Program-made: the position numbers and the translations under genes
Shown here: piece after piece, positions 17,582 through 27,698 of the stretch
Numbering within the stretch: position 1 is the first letter of the stretch
Layout of the letters: every line of letters begins with the position of its first letter
Source: Actinomycetes bacterium
GTDB taxonomy: Bacteria; Actinomycetota; Actinomycetes; Actinomycetales; BWSM-131
Assembly (NCBI GenBank): GCA_046566325.1
Contig: JBKHWX010000121.1
Coordinates: 1-38,370 of the forward strand
Length of the DNA stretch: 38,370 nt
Direction: 5' to 3'
Notes under the pieces: generated by a model
What the model was told of the DNA's origin: nothing
The model's database searches: none
What the model saw: the letters and a program-made list of their open reading frames with translations, nothing else

Positions 17582-19840
17582 GTGCGAGGACTGCTGACGC
17601 TCACCCTCGCCCTCGCTCCCGTGGTGGCGGTCTTCACCCCGCAGGCGGCGCAGGCGCTGACCGGAAGCGAGTTCGACCCCGGGAACATCATCACGGACAC
17701 GGTCTTCTTCGACTCGGGAACCATGACGGCCGAGCAGGTGCAGGCCTTTCTCGACAGCAAGGGCTCGCACTGCCGGTCGGGCAGCGTCCCCTGCCTGAAG
17801 GACTACCGGCAGACCACGTCGGACAGGCCGGCGGAGGCGAAGCTCTGCCAGGGCTACACCGGCCGACCCGACGAGTCGGCGGCGCAGATCATCGTCAGGG
17901 TGGCGGACAGCTGCGGCATCAACCCTCGCGTCCTGATCGTCCTGCTGCAGAAGGAGCAGGGCCTCGTCAGCAGCACGCAGCCGACCGCCGCCAAGTACAA
18001 CACCGCGACGGGCTACGGCTGCCCGGACTTCGCGGTCTGCGACACGCAGTACTACGGGTTCTTCAACCAGGTCTACTCGGCGGCTCGCCGGTTTCGGAGC
18101 TACGGCGTGAGCCCCGGCTTCAGGTACCAAGCCGGACGGACCAACCTCATCCAGTACAACCCCAACGTCTCCTGCGGCAGCAAGTCCGTCTACATCGAGA
18201 ACCGGGCGACGGCCGCCCTGTACAACTACACGCCGTACGTGCCGAACGAGGCCGCGCTGAACTTCCTCTACGGGACGGGTGACGACTGCAGCGCCTACGG
18301 CAACCGCAACTTCTGGCGCTTCTTCACCGAGTGGTTCGGATCGACCCAGGCGGGCAGCTTCCTCGTCCGCAGCGAGAACAACCCGACCGTCTACCTGCTG
18401 GTGGACGACGCCAAGTACCCCGTCCCGAGCCTGGCCCTGCTGTCGGCGCTCGACCGACTGGGACCCGTCGGGGTCGTCTCCCAGAAGTTCCTCGACGCGA
18501 GGGCCACCGGCCCGACGATGGGCCGGCTGGTCCGGTCCACGAACGGGACGATCTACTTCGTCGACGCCGGGATCAAGCTGTACGTCCCGACCTGCCAGAT
18601 GGCCGCCGACTACGGGTACTCCTGCTCGCAGACGACGCTCCTGCCGGACGCCCAGCTCGCGTTGCTGAAGACCGGCCCGTCGCTGACCTCGGTGTTCGAG
18701 ACCACGAGCGGCAAGCGGTTCTTCGTCCAGGGCGCGGCGAAGCGCGAGGTGTACGACGCTCAGTCGCTAGCGTCGGCCGGCGTTCCGGCCACGTCGGTCC
18801 GGCTGCTCGAGAGCGCCCTGGACCACCTCCCGTACGGAACTCCCGTGATCCGGGACGGCGTCGTGGCTCGAAGCCGCGCCACCGGCGCGCTGACCCTGCA
18901 CCAGGGCGGACGAGGCAGCGCGGTCGGTGCAGCCCTGCTGAGCCAGACGCCGCTCGGCGCCCTGGTGCCGGAGGAGCCGCTCGACCAGCAGAGCATCGAC
19001 CGGCTGGCGGACGCCGGGACGCTGACGGGCCTCGTGCAGTCGGCGGACGGCGCACGGGCCTACGCGCTCACGGCGACGGGCAAGATGCGCCTGGCCGAGC
19101 CGGGCCAGTGGTCGGGAAGGTTGACGGCCCTGCCCGACTCCCTGCTGGCACAGATCCCGGACGAGGGCACCATCGCGCCGTCCTCGTTCGTGAAGTCCTC
19201 CACGAAGGCGGACGTCTACCTGGTGCTGGACGGCGAGAAGCGGTACGTCCGCACGTGGGGCGACCTCACGACGTTGAGCGGGGGCGCCGCGCCGCAGATC
19301 TCGACGCTGCCCGACGAGGTGCTGGGCGGCCTCCCCTCCGGAGGACCGGTCCTCGCGCCCGGCACACTGGTGTACGCACCCGGCTCGCCGGCGGTGTCGC
19401 TGGTCGACGGCCTGCGCCGCCGCATCCCGGTCACGAGCTTCAGCGTCGTGGACGAGACCGGCGCCGGAGCCCTGGTGCAGGTGGACGCGTCGACGATGTC
19501 GAAGTACACCCCCTCCGCTCGTCCGATGTCCGTCGCGGTGTCGTGCAACGGCCACACCTACCTCGGCGTCTTCGGCGTCCTGAGGCGCATCCCGGACGCG
19601 CTGCTGGGCGACTACCGCCTCACCCCGGTCACGCTCGACCCGCTGACGTGCTCCGCGCTGCGCCCGTCCGAGCAGGCGCTCGGCCGCTTCCTGCGCACTC
19701 CGGACGGCACCATCTACTACGTGGCGAACGGCGGCAAGCGCTGGCTGACCTCGTACGCGGAGTACGTGCGGCTCGGCGGCACCGCCGCGAACACGACGGC
19801 GGTCTCCCCGCTGGTGGCGTCCGCCGTCCCGACCCTGTGA
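17582..19840 (+). CDS. Secreted protein: putative lysozyme-like wall hydrolase domain plus about 9 C-terminal repeats
   Basis: Signal peptide ending AQA. FDPGNIITD, GINPRVLIVLLQKEQGL, GYGCPD, YGFFNQV, ATAALYNYTPY. C-terminal repeats resemble (G)RLVRS-x-x-GT(I/V)Y(F/L)V-x-x-G-x-K. Start GTG 17582 is inferred. Confidence 0.75.
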   Translation: MRGLLTLTLALAPVVAVFTPQAAQALTGSEFDPGNIITDTVFFDSGTMTAEQVQAFLDSKGSHCRSGSVPCLKDYRQTTSDRPAEAKLCQGYTGRPDESAAQIIVRVADSCGINPRVLIVLLQKEQGLVSSTQPTAAKYNTATGYGCPDFAVCDTQYYGFFNQVYSAARRFRSYGVSPGFRYQAGRTNLIQYNPNVSCGSKSVYIENRATAALYNYTPYVPNEAALNFLYGTGDDCSAYGNRNFWRFFTEWFGSTQAGSFLVRSENNPTVYLLVDDAKYPVPSLALLSALDRLGPVGVVSQKFLDARATGPTMGRLVRSTNGTIYFVDAGIKLYVPTCQMAADYGYSCSQTTLLPDAQLALLKTGPSLTSVFETTSGKRFFVQGAAKREVYDAQSLASAGVPATSVRLLESALDHLPYGTPVIRDGVVARSRATGALTLHQGGRGSAVGAALLSQTPLGALVPEEPLDQQSIDRLADAGTLTGLVQSADGARAYALTATGKMRLAEPGQWSGRLTALPDSLLAQIPDEGTIAPSSFVKSSTKADVYLVLDGEKRYVRTWGDLTTLSGGAAPQISTLPDEVLGGLPSGGPVLAPGTLVYAPGSPAVSLVDGLRRRIPVTSFSVVDETGAGALVQVDASTMSKYTPSARPMSVAVSCNGHTYLGVFGVLRRIPDALLGDYRLTPVTLDPLTCSALRPSEQALGRFLRTPDGTIYYVANGGKRWLTSYAEYVRLGGTAANTTAVSPLVASAVPTL

Positions 19841-20057
19841 CCCGCTCCGGTCGACCGGGAGCAGACCGGGTGGCCGACCTCCCTCTGCAACCGCCTCGAG
19901 GACCGCTCGCGCCACCGACGCGGCCTCCGCGGCAGCGGGACAGGCACGGATCGGCCTACGCAAACCCGACACGGTCTGACGCTAGAGTGCCTCGGGCTGC
20001 TTCTGTGCCTCCCGGCACGAGCCGGCGCTGAGGACGCGAGGGGCCGCCCCGCACCGC

Positions 20058-21353
20058 GTGCGTCGGGTGGGCTCGCGTCCCTGGAAGCGACTGGAAGGGG
20101 TCAGAGTGGGAGAGGCTGTGCGGCTGCTGGGCAGGGCTGTCCAGGTGACTCGCGACGAGGGCGTCCGGGCGGTCGCCGCCAAGGCACTCGCCCGCGCCGG
20201 GCGCCGCGTCGAGGCGCCGACCCCACCACCCAAGCAGGCCATCTCCATGCTGGTCCGGCGCGAGGACGCCCTGGAGGCCGACTGGACCGAGCCTCCCGCC
20301 TGGCAGCACGGCGGCAGGGAGCGGCGCCCCTACTCCGTCGCCTGGATCATGTCGCCGCCCGGTGAGAGCAGCGGCGGGCACCAGAACCTCTTTCGCTTCA
20401 TCCGGTTCATGGAGCAGCGCGGCCACCGCGTGACCATCTACCTCTACAGCAGCGACCCCAACTTCAGGGACGTCGACGGCGTCCGACGCATGGTCTCCAC
20501 GAGCCCGTCCTACTCGAGGGTCAGCGCCGCCATCCGTCTCTACGGGGACGACGGCGTGGCGCCGGACACGGACGCCATCTTCGCCACCGGATGGGAGACC
20601 GCGTACCCCGTGTTCCGGGACAGGTCCAGGGCCGAGCGCTTCTACTTCGTCCAGGACTTCGAGCCCTACTTCTACGCGATCGGCTCGGAGTCTGTTCTTG
20701 CGGAGAACACCTACCGCTTCGGGTTCTACGGCATCACCGCGGGCGCGTGGCTGAGCCGCAAGCTCTCCGACGAGTACGGCATGGCGACCGACCACTTCGA
20801 CTTCGGCGCCGACACGACGCACTACAACCTCGTGAACCGCGGGGAGCGACGCGAGGTGTTCTTCTACGCCAGGCCGGTAACGGTCCGGCGGGGTTTCGAG
20901 CTGGGCATCCTGGCGATGGAGCAGTTCGCGCGGATGTGCCCGGAGTACACGATCAACCTGGCCGGGTGGGACGTCGACGCGTGGGACATCCCGTTCGAGC
21001 ACGTCAACCTCAGGAGCCTTCCGGTCTCGCAGCTGAACGACCTCTACAACCGCTGCGCCGGTGCGCTCGTCCTCTCGCTGACCAACATGTCGCTCCTCCC
21101 CCTGGAGCTGCTCGCCAGCGGTGTCATCCCGGTGCTGAACGACGGACCGAACAACCGGCTCGTCTCCGACAACCCCCACATCGTCTACAGCGCCGCGACA
21201 CCGAAGGCGCTGGCACACACCCTCGCCGAGGTCGTCCGCCGCCCGGACCTACCGGACGTCGCGGAAGCCGCCGCTGCCAGCGTTGGTCACCAGGGGTGGG
21301 AGTCGTCGGGAGCCAAGTTCGTGGACATCTTCGAAAGGGTCATGTGTGGCTAG
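20058..21353 (+). CDS. WsaF-like GT-B glycosyltransferase (putative rhamnosyltransferase); start uncertain
   Basis: SGGHQNLFRF, FATGWETAY, YFVQDFEPYFY, FFYARP-x-T-x-RRGFELG, SLLPLEL. Confidence 0.82.
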   Translation: MRRVGSRPWKRLEGVRVGEAVRLLGRAVQVTRDEGVRAVAAKALARAGRRVEAPTPPPKQAISMLVRREDALEADWTEPPAWQHGGRERRPYSVAWIMSPPGESSGGHQNLFRFIRFMEQRGHRVTIYLYSSDPNFRDVDGVRRMVSTSPSYSRVSAAIRLYGDDGVAPDTDAIFATGWETAYPVFRDRSRAERFYFVQDFEPYFYAIGSESVLAENTYRFGFYGITAGAWLSRKLSDEYGMATDHFDFGADTTHYNLVNRGERREVFFYARPVTVRRGFELGILAMEQFARMCPEYTINLAGWDVDAWDIPFEHVNLRSLPVSQLNDLYNRCAGALVLSLTNMSLLPLELLASGVIPVLNDGPNNRLVSDNPHIVYSAATPKALAHTLAEVVRRPDLPDVAEAAAASVGHQGWESSGAKFVDIFERVMCG

Positions 21354-22278
21354 GTGCCTCGTCGTCGGTGCCAACGGCTTCATCGGCTCACATCTCGTGG
21401 ACGCCCTCGTCCGACGGGACCACGAGGTCACCGCTTTCGACAGGTTCGCGACGGCCCGGCCCTCCTTCACGTCCAGGACGGTTCGGCTGGTTGCCGGGGA
21501 CTTCATGAACAGGGCCGACATGGCGGGGGCGCTCGAGGGACAGGAGGTCGTGTTCCACTTCCTGTCCACCACCGACCCGGCGACGGCCGAGAACGACCCG
21601 ACCTTCGACGTCCGCACGAACGTCGCATCCACCGTCGAGATGCTCAAGCTGAGCGTCGACGCCGGCGTGGACAAGGTGGTCTTCGCCTCGACCGGGGGGG
21701 CGATCTACGGCGACCAGGACAAGCTCGTCTTCTCGGAGGACGACCCGACGCTGCCCGTGTCTCCCTACGCGATCGGAAAGCTCTCGATCGAGAACTACCT
21801 TCGGTACTTCCGGGTGAAGTGGGGCCTGGACTACCTCGTGTTCCGGATCTCCAACCCCTACGGGACGCGTCAGCGCCCACACAAGAAGCAGGGGGTCGTC
21901 CCCATCTTTCTGCGGGAGATCGCAAAAGGTGAGCCGATCACGGTCTTCGGGGACGGAGAGATGGTACGTGACTACATCTACGTCGAGGACCTGGTCGAGA
22001 TGATCGCGGGGACGGCGCCGGCGCCCACCCGCCATCGGCTGTACAACCTCGGCAGCGGCGAGGGCCGGACGATCAACCAGATCGTGGACGCGATCCGTGC
22101 GGTCACCGGGCGCGCGGTCGAGGTGGTGCACCGGCCCACGCCACGCACGTACGTCGACCACGTCATCCTCGACGCGAGCAGGTTCACCGACGAGTTCGGG
22201 CTCCGGGCCACGACGTCTCTCCACGAAGGCATCTCGAAGCTCTGGACGGAGACGCAGGAGCAGCGGCATGTCGGGTGA
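21346..22278 (+). CDS. NAD-dependent sugar epimerase/dehydratase (extended SDR, GalE-like)
   Basis: VVGANGFIGSHL, FASTGGAIYG, catalytic YAIGK, RISNPYG, RDYIYVED. Confidence 0.9.
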   Translation: MARCLVVGANGFIGSHLVDALVRRDHEVTAFDRFATARPSFTSRTVRLVAGDFMNRADMAGALEGQEVVFHFLSTTDPATAENDPTFDVRTNVASTVEMLKLSVDAGVDKVVFASTGGAIYGDQDKLVFSEDDPTLPVSPYAIGKLSIENYLRYFRVKWGLDYLVFRISNPYGTRQRPHKKQGVVPIFLREIAKGEPITVFGDGEMVRDYIYVEDLVEMIAGTAPAPTRHRLYNLGSGEGRTINQIVDAIRAVTGRAVEVVHRPTPRTYVDHVILDASRFTDEFGLRATTSLHEGISKLWTETQEQRHVG

Positions 22279-23248
22279 GGCGCTCCTCGCGACGGTCGTC
22301 ATCCTGACGTTCAACGGCGAGCAGTACCTGGAGGACATCCTCGGCGCGCTGTCCGTCCAGCGCATGGACGAGCCGTTCGAGGTCCTGGTCATCGACTCCG
22401 GGTCCACCGACCGTACACTCGACATCCTCGCCTCGCACGAGGACGTGAGGCTGCACGAGATCCCCAACGAGGAGTTCGGCCACGGCCGCACCCGCAACCT
22501 CGCCGCGCGGATGGCACGCGGCGAGTACGTCGTCTTCCTGACGCACGACGCGGTACCGGCCCACGATCGCTGGCTCTACGAGATCCTCGCTCCGTTCCGC
22601 CTCAACGAGGAGGTGGTCGGCGTGATGGGGAAGCAGGTTCCTCGGCCCTGGTGCTTCCCGCTGCTGAAGTACGAGATCCAGCAGGTGTTCGCAGGCTTCG
22701 GCCCCGACTTCGGGACCTCCTTGTTCTACAAGGACGACTTCATCACCTCGCAGAGCGTGTACGACGCCGTCTGCTTCTACTCCGACGTCAACTCCGCAGC
22801 ACGGCGAAGCCTTCTGCTGGAGAACATCCCCTACCGCGACGTCCAGTACGCCGAGGACCAGCTGTTCGGGCGGGACGTCGTGGAGAGCGGCCGCATCAAA
22901 GCGTATGCAGGGCGGGCGGCGGTCGTGCACTCCAACGACCTCACCCTCGCCGAGTACCGCAAGCGGATGTTCGACGAGACCGTCGGACTTCGCAGGATCG
23001 GCCTCGTCGTGGAGGCCCCGAGGGGGCGCACTCTTGCCCGCCTGCTGTTCTGGGGCGTCCTGCGGGACACCCGGAGAATCCTGCGCGACCCGGACTACTC
23101 GTGGCGGCGCAAGCTGTACTGGCTCGTGCTGAACCCCTCCTACCACGTGGAGAAGTGGCGCGCCGTCCGGCACGCGGTGGACGCCGACCTGGAGGACGCG
23201 ACCTTGTTCCGGCGGCACTCCCTCGAGCACTTCCGCCGGGGCGCATGA
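22268..23248 (+). CDS. Glycosyltransferase family 2 (putative rhamnosyltransferase)
   Basis: VIDSGSTD, FGHGRTRN, FLTHDAVP, YSDVNSA, AEDQ. Confidence 0.88.
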   Translation: MSGEALLATVVILTFNGEQYLEDILGALSVQRMDEPFEVLVIDSGSTDRTLDILASHEDVRLHEIPNEEFGHGRTRNLAARMARGEYVVFLTHDAVPAHDRWLYEILAPFRLNEEVVGVMGKQVPRPWCFPLLKYEIQQVFAGFGPDFGTSLFYKDDFITSQSVYDAVCFYSDVNSAARRSLLLENIPYRDVQYAEDQLFGRDVVESGRIKAYAGRAAVVHSNDLTLAEYRKRMFDETVGLRRIGLVVEAPRGRTLARLLFWGVLRDTRRILRDPDYSWRRKLYWLVLNPSYHVEKWRAVRHAVDADLEDATLFRRHSLEHFRRGA

Positions 23249-23269
23249 CGTGCTGAGCGGGCTGTCGCG

Positions 23270-24385
23270 GTGAAGGTGACCGTCGATGCCACCCCGCTCG
23301 TGGGGCCGATGACGGGGGTCGGCAGGTACGTGGAAGGACTGCTCGGGGAGCTGGAGCCCGCGGCCTCGCGCAGGGGTGAGGAGCTGACGCTCCGGGCGGC
23401 GATCCTCTCGGCACGCCGCCGGAAGCTCGAGCGGGCAGGCGCTCCCCCGGTCACCGGCCTGCCGGTCCCGGCGCGGCTGCTGCGACGCGCCTGGTCGCGA
23501 GCCGACGCACCGCCGGTCGAGCTCGTCGTCGGGCGCTGCGACGTGTTCCACGGCACGAACTTCGTGTCCCCCCCGACCCTTCGAGCCGCCGAGGTGCTCA
23601 CCATCCACGACCTGGCGTACGAGCGGCACCGGGACACCGTGGGCCACGAGTCGCTGGCGTACCGCGCGCTCGTACCGAGGGCGCTGAACCGGGGCGCCGT
23701 CGTCGTCACGCCGAGCGCGGCGACACGTGACGCGGTGTGCGACTTCTACCGTCTTGCCGCCGAGCGCGTCGTGGTCACCCCTCTGGGGGTGGACGACGTG
23801 TGGCGCACCGCTGCTCCGCTCTCCCGCGAGGGCCTGGCGAGGCTGGGGGTGCCGTCGGACTACTTCCTGTTCGTCGGCACCGTCGAACCGCGCAAGAACC
23901 TCCCGGTCCTCGTCGAGGCCTACCGCCGGATGGCCTCCTGCTGCTCCGACCCGCCCGCACTCGTGCTGGCAGGCCCAGCCGGGTGGGCACGCCTGCCTGC
24001 CGTCGAACGCGACCTGCCCGGCCTCGTCCAGGTCGGCTGGGTGGAGCAGCAGGTCCTCTGCGGGCTGGTCGCCGGTGCTCGCGCCGTCGCCCTGGTCTCC
24101 CGCGACGAGGGGTTCGGGCTGCCGGTCGTGGAGGCGATGACATCGGGCCGCCCGGTGGTGGTCAGCGACATCCCGGCGCTGCGCGAGGTTGCCGGTGACC
24201 TCGGGGTCGTCGTCCCCGTGGACGACGTCGACGCGCTCGCGCACGCGCTCGCCGTCCTCGCCGAGCAGGAGGACAGCGAGAGCGGGCAGCGGGGACGTCG
24301 CGACTGGGCGGCGCGGTGGACGTGGCGCGCGTGCGCAGAGGCGACCCTGGACGCCTACCGGCTGGCGCTCGAGGGTCGACGGTGA
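23270..24385 (+). CDS. Glycosyltransferase family 4 (MtfB-like)
   Basis: TGVGRY, LTIHDL, GTVEPRKN, EGFGLPVVEAM. Confidence 0.92.
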   Translation: MKVTVDATPLVGPMTGVGRYVEGLLGELEPAASRRGEELTLRAAILSARRRKLERAGAPPVTGLPVPARLLRRAWSRADAPPVELVVGRCDVFHGTNFVSPPTLRAAEVLTIHDLAYERHRDTVGHESLAYRALVPRALNRGAVVVTPSAATRDAVCDFYRLAAERVVVTPLGVDDVWRTAAPLSREGLARLGVPSDYFLFVGTVEPRKNLPVLVEAYRRMASCCSDPPALVLAGPAGWARLPAVERDLPGLVQVGWVEQQVLCGLVAGARAVALVSRDEGFGLPVVEAMTSGRPVVVSDIPALREVAGDLGVVVPVDDVDALAHALAVLAEQEDSESGQRGRRDWAARWTWRACAEATLDAYRLALEGRR

Positions 24386-25458
24386 CCGGGCAGCGCACGG
24401 GCGCGGAGCGGCTCTCGGTCGTGGTCGTCAACTTCAACGGTGCGAGGCTCCTCCCGGCGTGCCTGAACTCGCTGGCCCGGCAGACGCTTCCCCGCGAAGA
24501 GGTGCAGGTCGTGGTCGTCGACAACGCCTCGACCGACGAGAGCCTCAGGCTCCTGGCGACGAGCTACCCGTGGGTCGAGGTCGTCGCGTCGGGCACGAAC
24601 GTCGGCTTCGCCGCAGGGTGCAACCTGGGGATCGCGCACAGCAGGGCAGGACTCGTCCTGCTGCTGAACCCCGACGCGACGGCGGAGCCCGACGCGCTCG
24701 AGCAGCTCGTCGCGGCGGCGGCCGACCCCGGATGCCGGGAGGTGGCTGCGTTCGCGGGCCGCGTCCTCCTCTCCGCGCGCTTCTCCCCGGATGCGCAGGG
24801 CCCCGTCAGGACGCCGAGGGGAAGGTTTCGCGAGACGCCCCACGGGGCGGTGCGACTGGTGAACTCGACCGGGAACGTCGTCCGCACGGATGGTCTGGGC
24901 GTGGACCGCGGCTGGCTGCGGCCGGCGGACGAGCACCACCCGCCGGCCGAGGTCTTCGGCTTCTCGGGGGCCGCGTGTCTCTTGCGCAAGGGCGCGGTCG
25001 ACGGCGTCGGCGGCTTCGACGAGAAGCTCTTCATGTACTACGAGGACACAGACCTGTCGTGGCGGCTGCGGCTCGCCGGCTGGCGCGTCCGCTACTGCGA
25101 GCGGGCGGTCTTCTCCCACTGGCATTCCGCGACCTCGGTCGAGGGGTCGCAGTTCTTCAGGTTCCACGACGAGCGCAACCGCCTCCTGGTCCTCACGAAG
25201 AACGCGAGCCTGCCCTTGGTGGCCGGCGCGGTCCTGCGCTTCCCGGTCAGCACCGTCGGTTGGATGAGGCAGGGCCGTTCCGGCAGAACGAGAGCCAGAG
25301 TTCGCGTCACGGCGTTCGCCAGCTACCTCCGGCTCCTTCCGCGGGCCCTCGCCGACCGCCGACGCATCTCCAGGTCCGCGGTGGTGCCGCGGTCCGCTGT
25401 CGAGGAGCTCCTCGTACGTCCCCAGGAGGAAACGGGGGGGTCCTACCGCGGCGGCTGA
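24382..25458 (+). CDS. Glycosyltransferase family 2 (WbbL-like)
   Basis: VVVVNFNG, VVDNASTD, NVGFAAGCN, LLLNPD, GGFDEKLFMYYEDTDLSWR. Confidence 0.9.
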   Translation: MTGQRTGAERLSVVVVNFNGARLLPACLNSLARQTLPREEVQVVVVDNASTDESLRLLATSYPWVEVVASGTNVGFAAGCNLGIAHSRAGLVLLLNPDATAEPDALEQLVAAAADPGCREVAAFAGRVLLSARFSPDAQGPVRTPRGRFRETPHGAVRLVNSTGNVVRTDGLGVDRGWLRPADEHHPPAEVFGFSGAACLLRKGAVDGVGGFDEKLFMYYEDTDLSWRLRLAGWRVRYCERAVFSHWHSATSVEGSQFFRFHDERNRLLVLTKNASLPLVAGAVLRFPVSTVGWMRQGRSGRTRARVRVTAFASYLRLLPRALADRRRISRSAVVPRSAVEELLVRPQEETGGSYRGG

Positions 25459-25471
25459 CGACACGCCGTCG

Positions 25472-26794
25472 TCACGAGATGCTCTCGGGACCGCCGACAC
25501 GCTCCTCCCGACGGCGCAGGGACCGGGGCCGGGTGCCGTCCACGGCCGGCTCGGTCTCCTCGGCGGCCGACCAGGCGCCTTCCAGCACGACGTCACCACC
25601 GACGTCCTGGATGCCCGCACGGGACTGGACCTTGAACTCGTAGCCGCGGATCACGTGGTCGTAGGCGTGAGCGAACCCCCGGTCCGTCACGCCGATGCTG
25701 AGCTCCCACCGTCCCGGCTGAAGCGGCAGCTCCGCCATCGTGAAGTCGACGTGGCCCGTTCCCTCGACGATCCCGAGGTCGCTCGCCCCGGTGTGCGGGC
25801 CCGCCACCTTGTGGCCCTGCTCGGTGTAGATCCCCAGCGCGAAGACCGGGTCCCGCACGGGTGAGTAGGCGACGTAGTTGACGCGGATCGTGAGCGGCCA
25901 GCCCGTCGTCCCCGCGGACACCTCCTCGCCGTCCCGCAACAGCTCGATCCCCTGGACCCGGATCTCGCCGGACCCTCGTCGAGACGGTGTGGCCTCCTTC
26001 TCCGGGGGCTGCTCTTGCTGCTCCGCCGCCATGCTCTGCGCGATCCGCTCCGCCTCCACGGCATTGACCTGCTCCAGGTAGGCGTCGACGACCTTGACGG
26101 CCGGGCCTCGCTCCAGCAGCCGCCCGTGGTCCAGCCACGCGACCTCGTCGCACATGTTCTGGACGGTGCCGAGGCTGTGGCTCACGAAGATGATCGTCAC
26201 CCCGCGGTGCCGCAGCTCTGCCAGGTAGTCGTAGCACCGCCGCTGGAAGTCCTCGTCGCCGACCGCGAGGATCTCGTCGACGATGAGGATCTCGGGGTCC
26301 AGGTGCACCGCGATCGAGAAGCCGAGGCGGGCGTACATACCGCTCGAGTACACCTTGACGGGGACGTCGATGAACTCGCCGAGGCCGCTGAACTCGACGA
26401 TCCTCTCCAGCGCCGCGTCGATCCGACGACGGGTCATACCGAGGATGGACCCGTTGAGGTAGATGTTGTCGCGACCCGTCAGCTCCGGGTGGAACCCGGC
26501 GCCCAGCTCCAGCAGCGCCGAGACCCGGCCCTGGTGCGTGATGGTGCCGGTGGTCGGCCGATGGATCCCCGCCATCAGCTTCAGCAAAGTGGACTTGCCG
26601 GACCCGTTGTGGCCGATGAGGCCGAAGGTGGACCCCTTGGGGACGTCGAGAGTGACGTCCCGCAGGGCCCAGAACTCGGAGTACCGTTCGCGCCCCCGGA
26701 CGACCAGCTCCTTCAGGCTGCTCCGCTTCCCGGTGGCCAACCGGAACATCTTCGAGACGTCCCGGACCTCGACGGCGTTCCCCCTGTCCGTCAC
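25472..26794 (-). CDS. wzt: Polysaccharide ABC exporter ATP-binding subunit with C-terminal Wzt_C domain
   Basis: GHNGSGKST, YSSGMYARL, ILIVDE, VSH, then an RRGSGEIRV... extension of about 150 aa. GTG start overlaps the wzm stop. Confidence 0.93.
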   Translation of the reverse strand: MTDRGNAVEVRDVSKMFRLATGKRSSLKELVVRGRERYSEFWALRDVTLDVPKGSTFGLIGHNGSGKSTLLKLMAGIHRPTTGTITHQGRVSALLELGAGFHPELTGRDNIYLNGSILGMTRRRIDAALERIVEFSGLGEFIDVPVKVYSSGMYARLGFSIAVHLDPEILIVDEILAVGDEDFQRRCYDYLAELRHRGVTIIFVSHSLGTVQNMCDEVAWLDHGRLLERGPAVKVVDAYLEQVNAVEAERIAQSMAAEQQEQPPEKEATPSRRGSGEIRVQGIELLRDGEEVSAGTTGWPLTIRVNYVAYSPVRDPVFALGIYTEQGHKVAGPHTGASDLGIVEGTGHVDFTMAELPLQPGRWELSIGVTDRGFAHAYDHVIRGYEFKVQSRAGIQDVGGDVVLEGAWSAAEETEPAVDGTRPRSLRRREERVGGPESIS

Positions 26795-27603
26795 AGGTAC
26801 TCCGCCACGTCCAGGCTGCGCCGCTGGAAGATGGCCCACCCGGCCACGAACACGCCGACGGACAGAACCACGAGCACCACGGCGAGGCGCAGGCTGGGGA
26901 GCGTCTGGAACCAGAGAAGGTCTCGGATGGCCTCGACGAAGCGACTCAGAGGGTTCAGTCCGAACAACGTACGCAGCGACACGCCGAACACGTCCCGCTC
27001 CGGGATCAGCTGTGGCGGGTAGATGATCGGCGTCGCGTAGAACAGCAGCTGCAGCGCAACACCGACCAGGTAGCTGACGTCCCGGAAGCGCACGTTCGCG
27101 AGAGCGATGATCAGGCCGATCCCGAGGGCGAACATCGCCAGCAGCAGGAAGTACAACGGCACGAACACCACGACCCAGGAGAGGTTCCCGACCGCCGCGA
27201 GCACGAGAACGAGGATTCCCAGCTCGATCCCCGTCTGGACCAGGGCGGAGACGCCGTTCCCGACGACCGGGACGAACGCCGGGAACGAGATCTTCTTCAG
27301 TAGGGAGCCGGCGCCCAGCAGGGAGTCCATGCTCGTGCTGAGCAGACCAGCGAAGAAGTTCCAGGCGACGAGGCCGATGAACAGGTAGATGGTGTAGCTC
27401 TCGAGCCTCCCGTTGCCCGCCGTGGGCGGCTGCCCGCGAAAGATCAGCGAGAAGACGAGCGTGTAGATGAGCAGGGTGGCCGCCGGGTTCACGAGGGACC
27501 AGGCCCACCCGATGAGGCTCTGCTTGTACCGAGACTTCAGCTCTCGCCGGGCGAAGTTCAGGATCAGCTCGCGTTGGCGCCAGATCTGGGCTGCTGGTGT
27601 CAT
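26791..27603 (-). CDS. wzm: Polysaccharide ABC exporter permease
   Basis: RELKSRYKQSLIGWAWSLVNP, FYATPIIYP, LNPL. Start probably ATG 27603, because the ORF-track ATG at 27663 lies within a TATGAT -10 box. Confidence 0.93.
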   Translation of the reverse strand: MTPAAQIWRQRELILNFARRELKSRYKQSLIGWAWSLVNPAATLLIYTLVFSLIFRGQPPTAGNGRLESYTIYLFIGLVAWNFFAGLLSTSMDSLLGAGSLLKKISFPAFVPVVGNGVSALVQTGIELGILVLVLAAVGNLSWVVVFVPLYFLLLAMFALGIGLIIALANVRFRDVSYLVGVALQLLFYATPIIYPPQLIPERDVFGVSLRTLFGLNPLSRFVEAIRDLLWFQTLPSLRLAVVLVVLSVGVFVAGWAIFQRRSLDVAEYL

Positions 27604-27698
27604 TGTCGCCGGCGCTCCACGCTCCCGCGGTTCTTCGGGGCCATTCCCAAACCCACCGATCATACTGTCCGAGATGTCCGACGCGAGCCAGGAGATGC

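Noticed and set aside
19847-19858. Palindrome ccggtcgaccgg after the secreted protein gene
   Set aside because: Short and GC-rich with no loop or U-tract, so plausible by chance.
21346-22278. Epimerase as the missing rmlB
   Set aside because: Lacks the RmlB signatures (AAESHVD, STDEVYG) and looks GalE-like.
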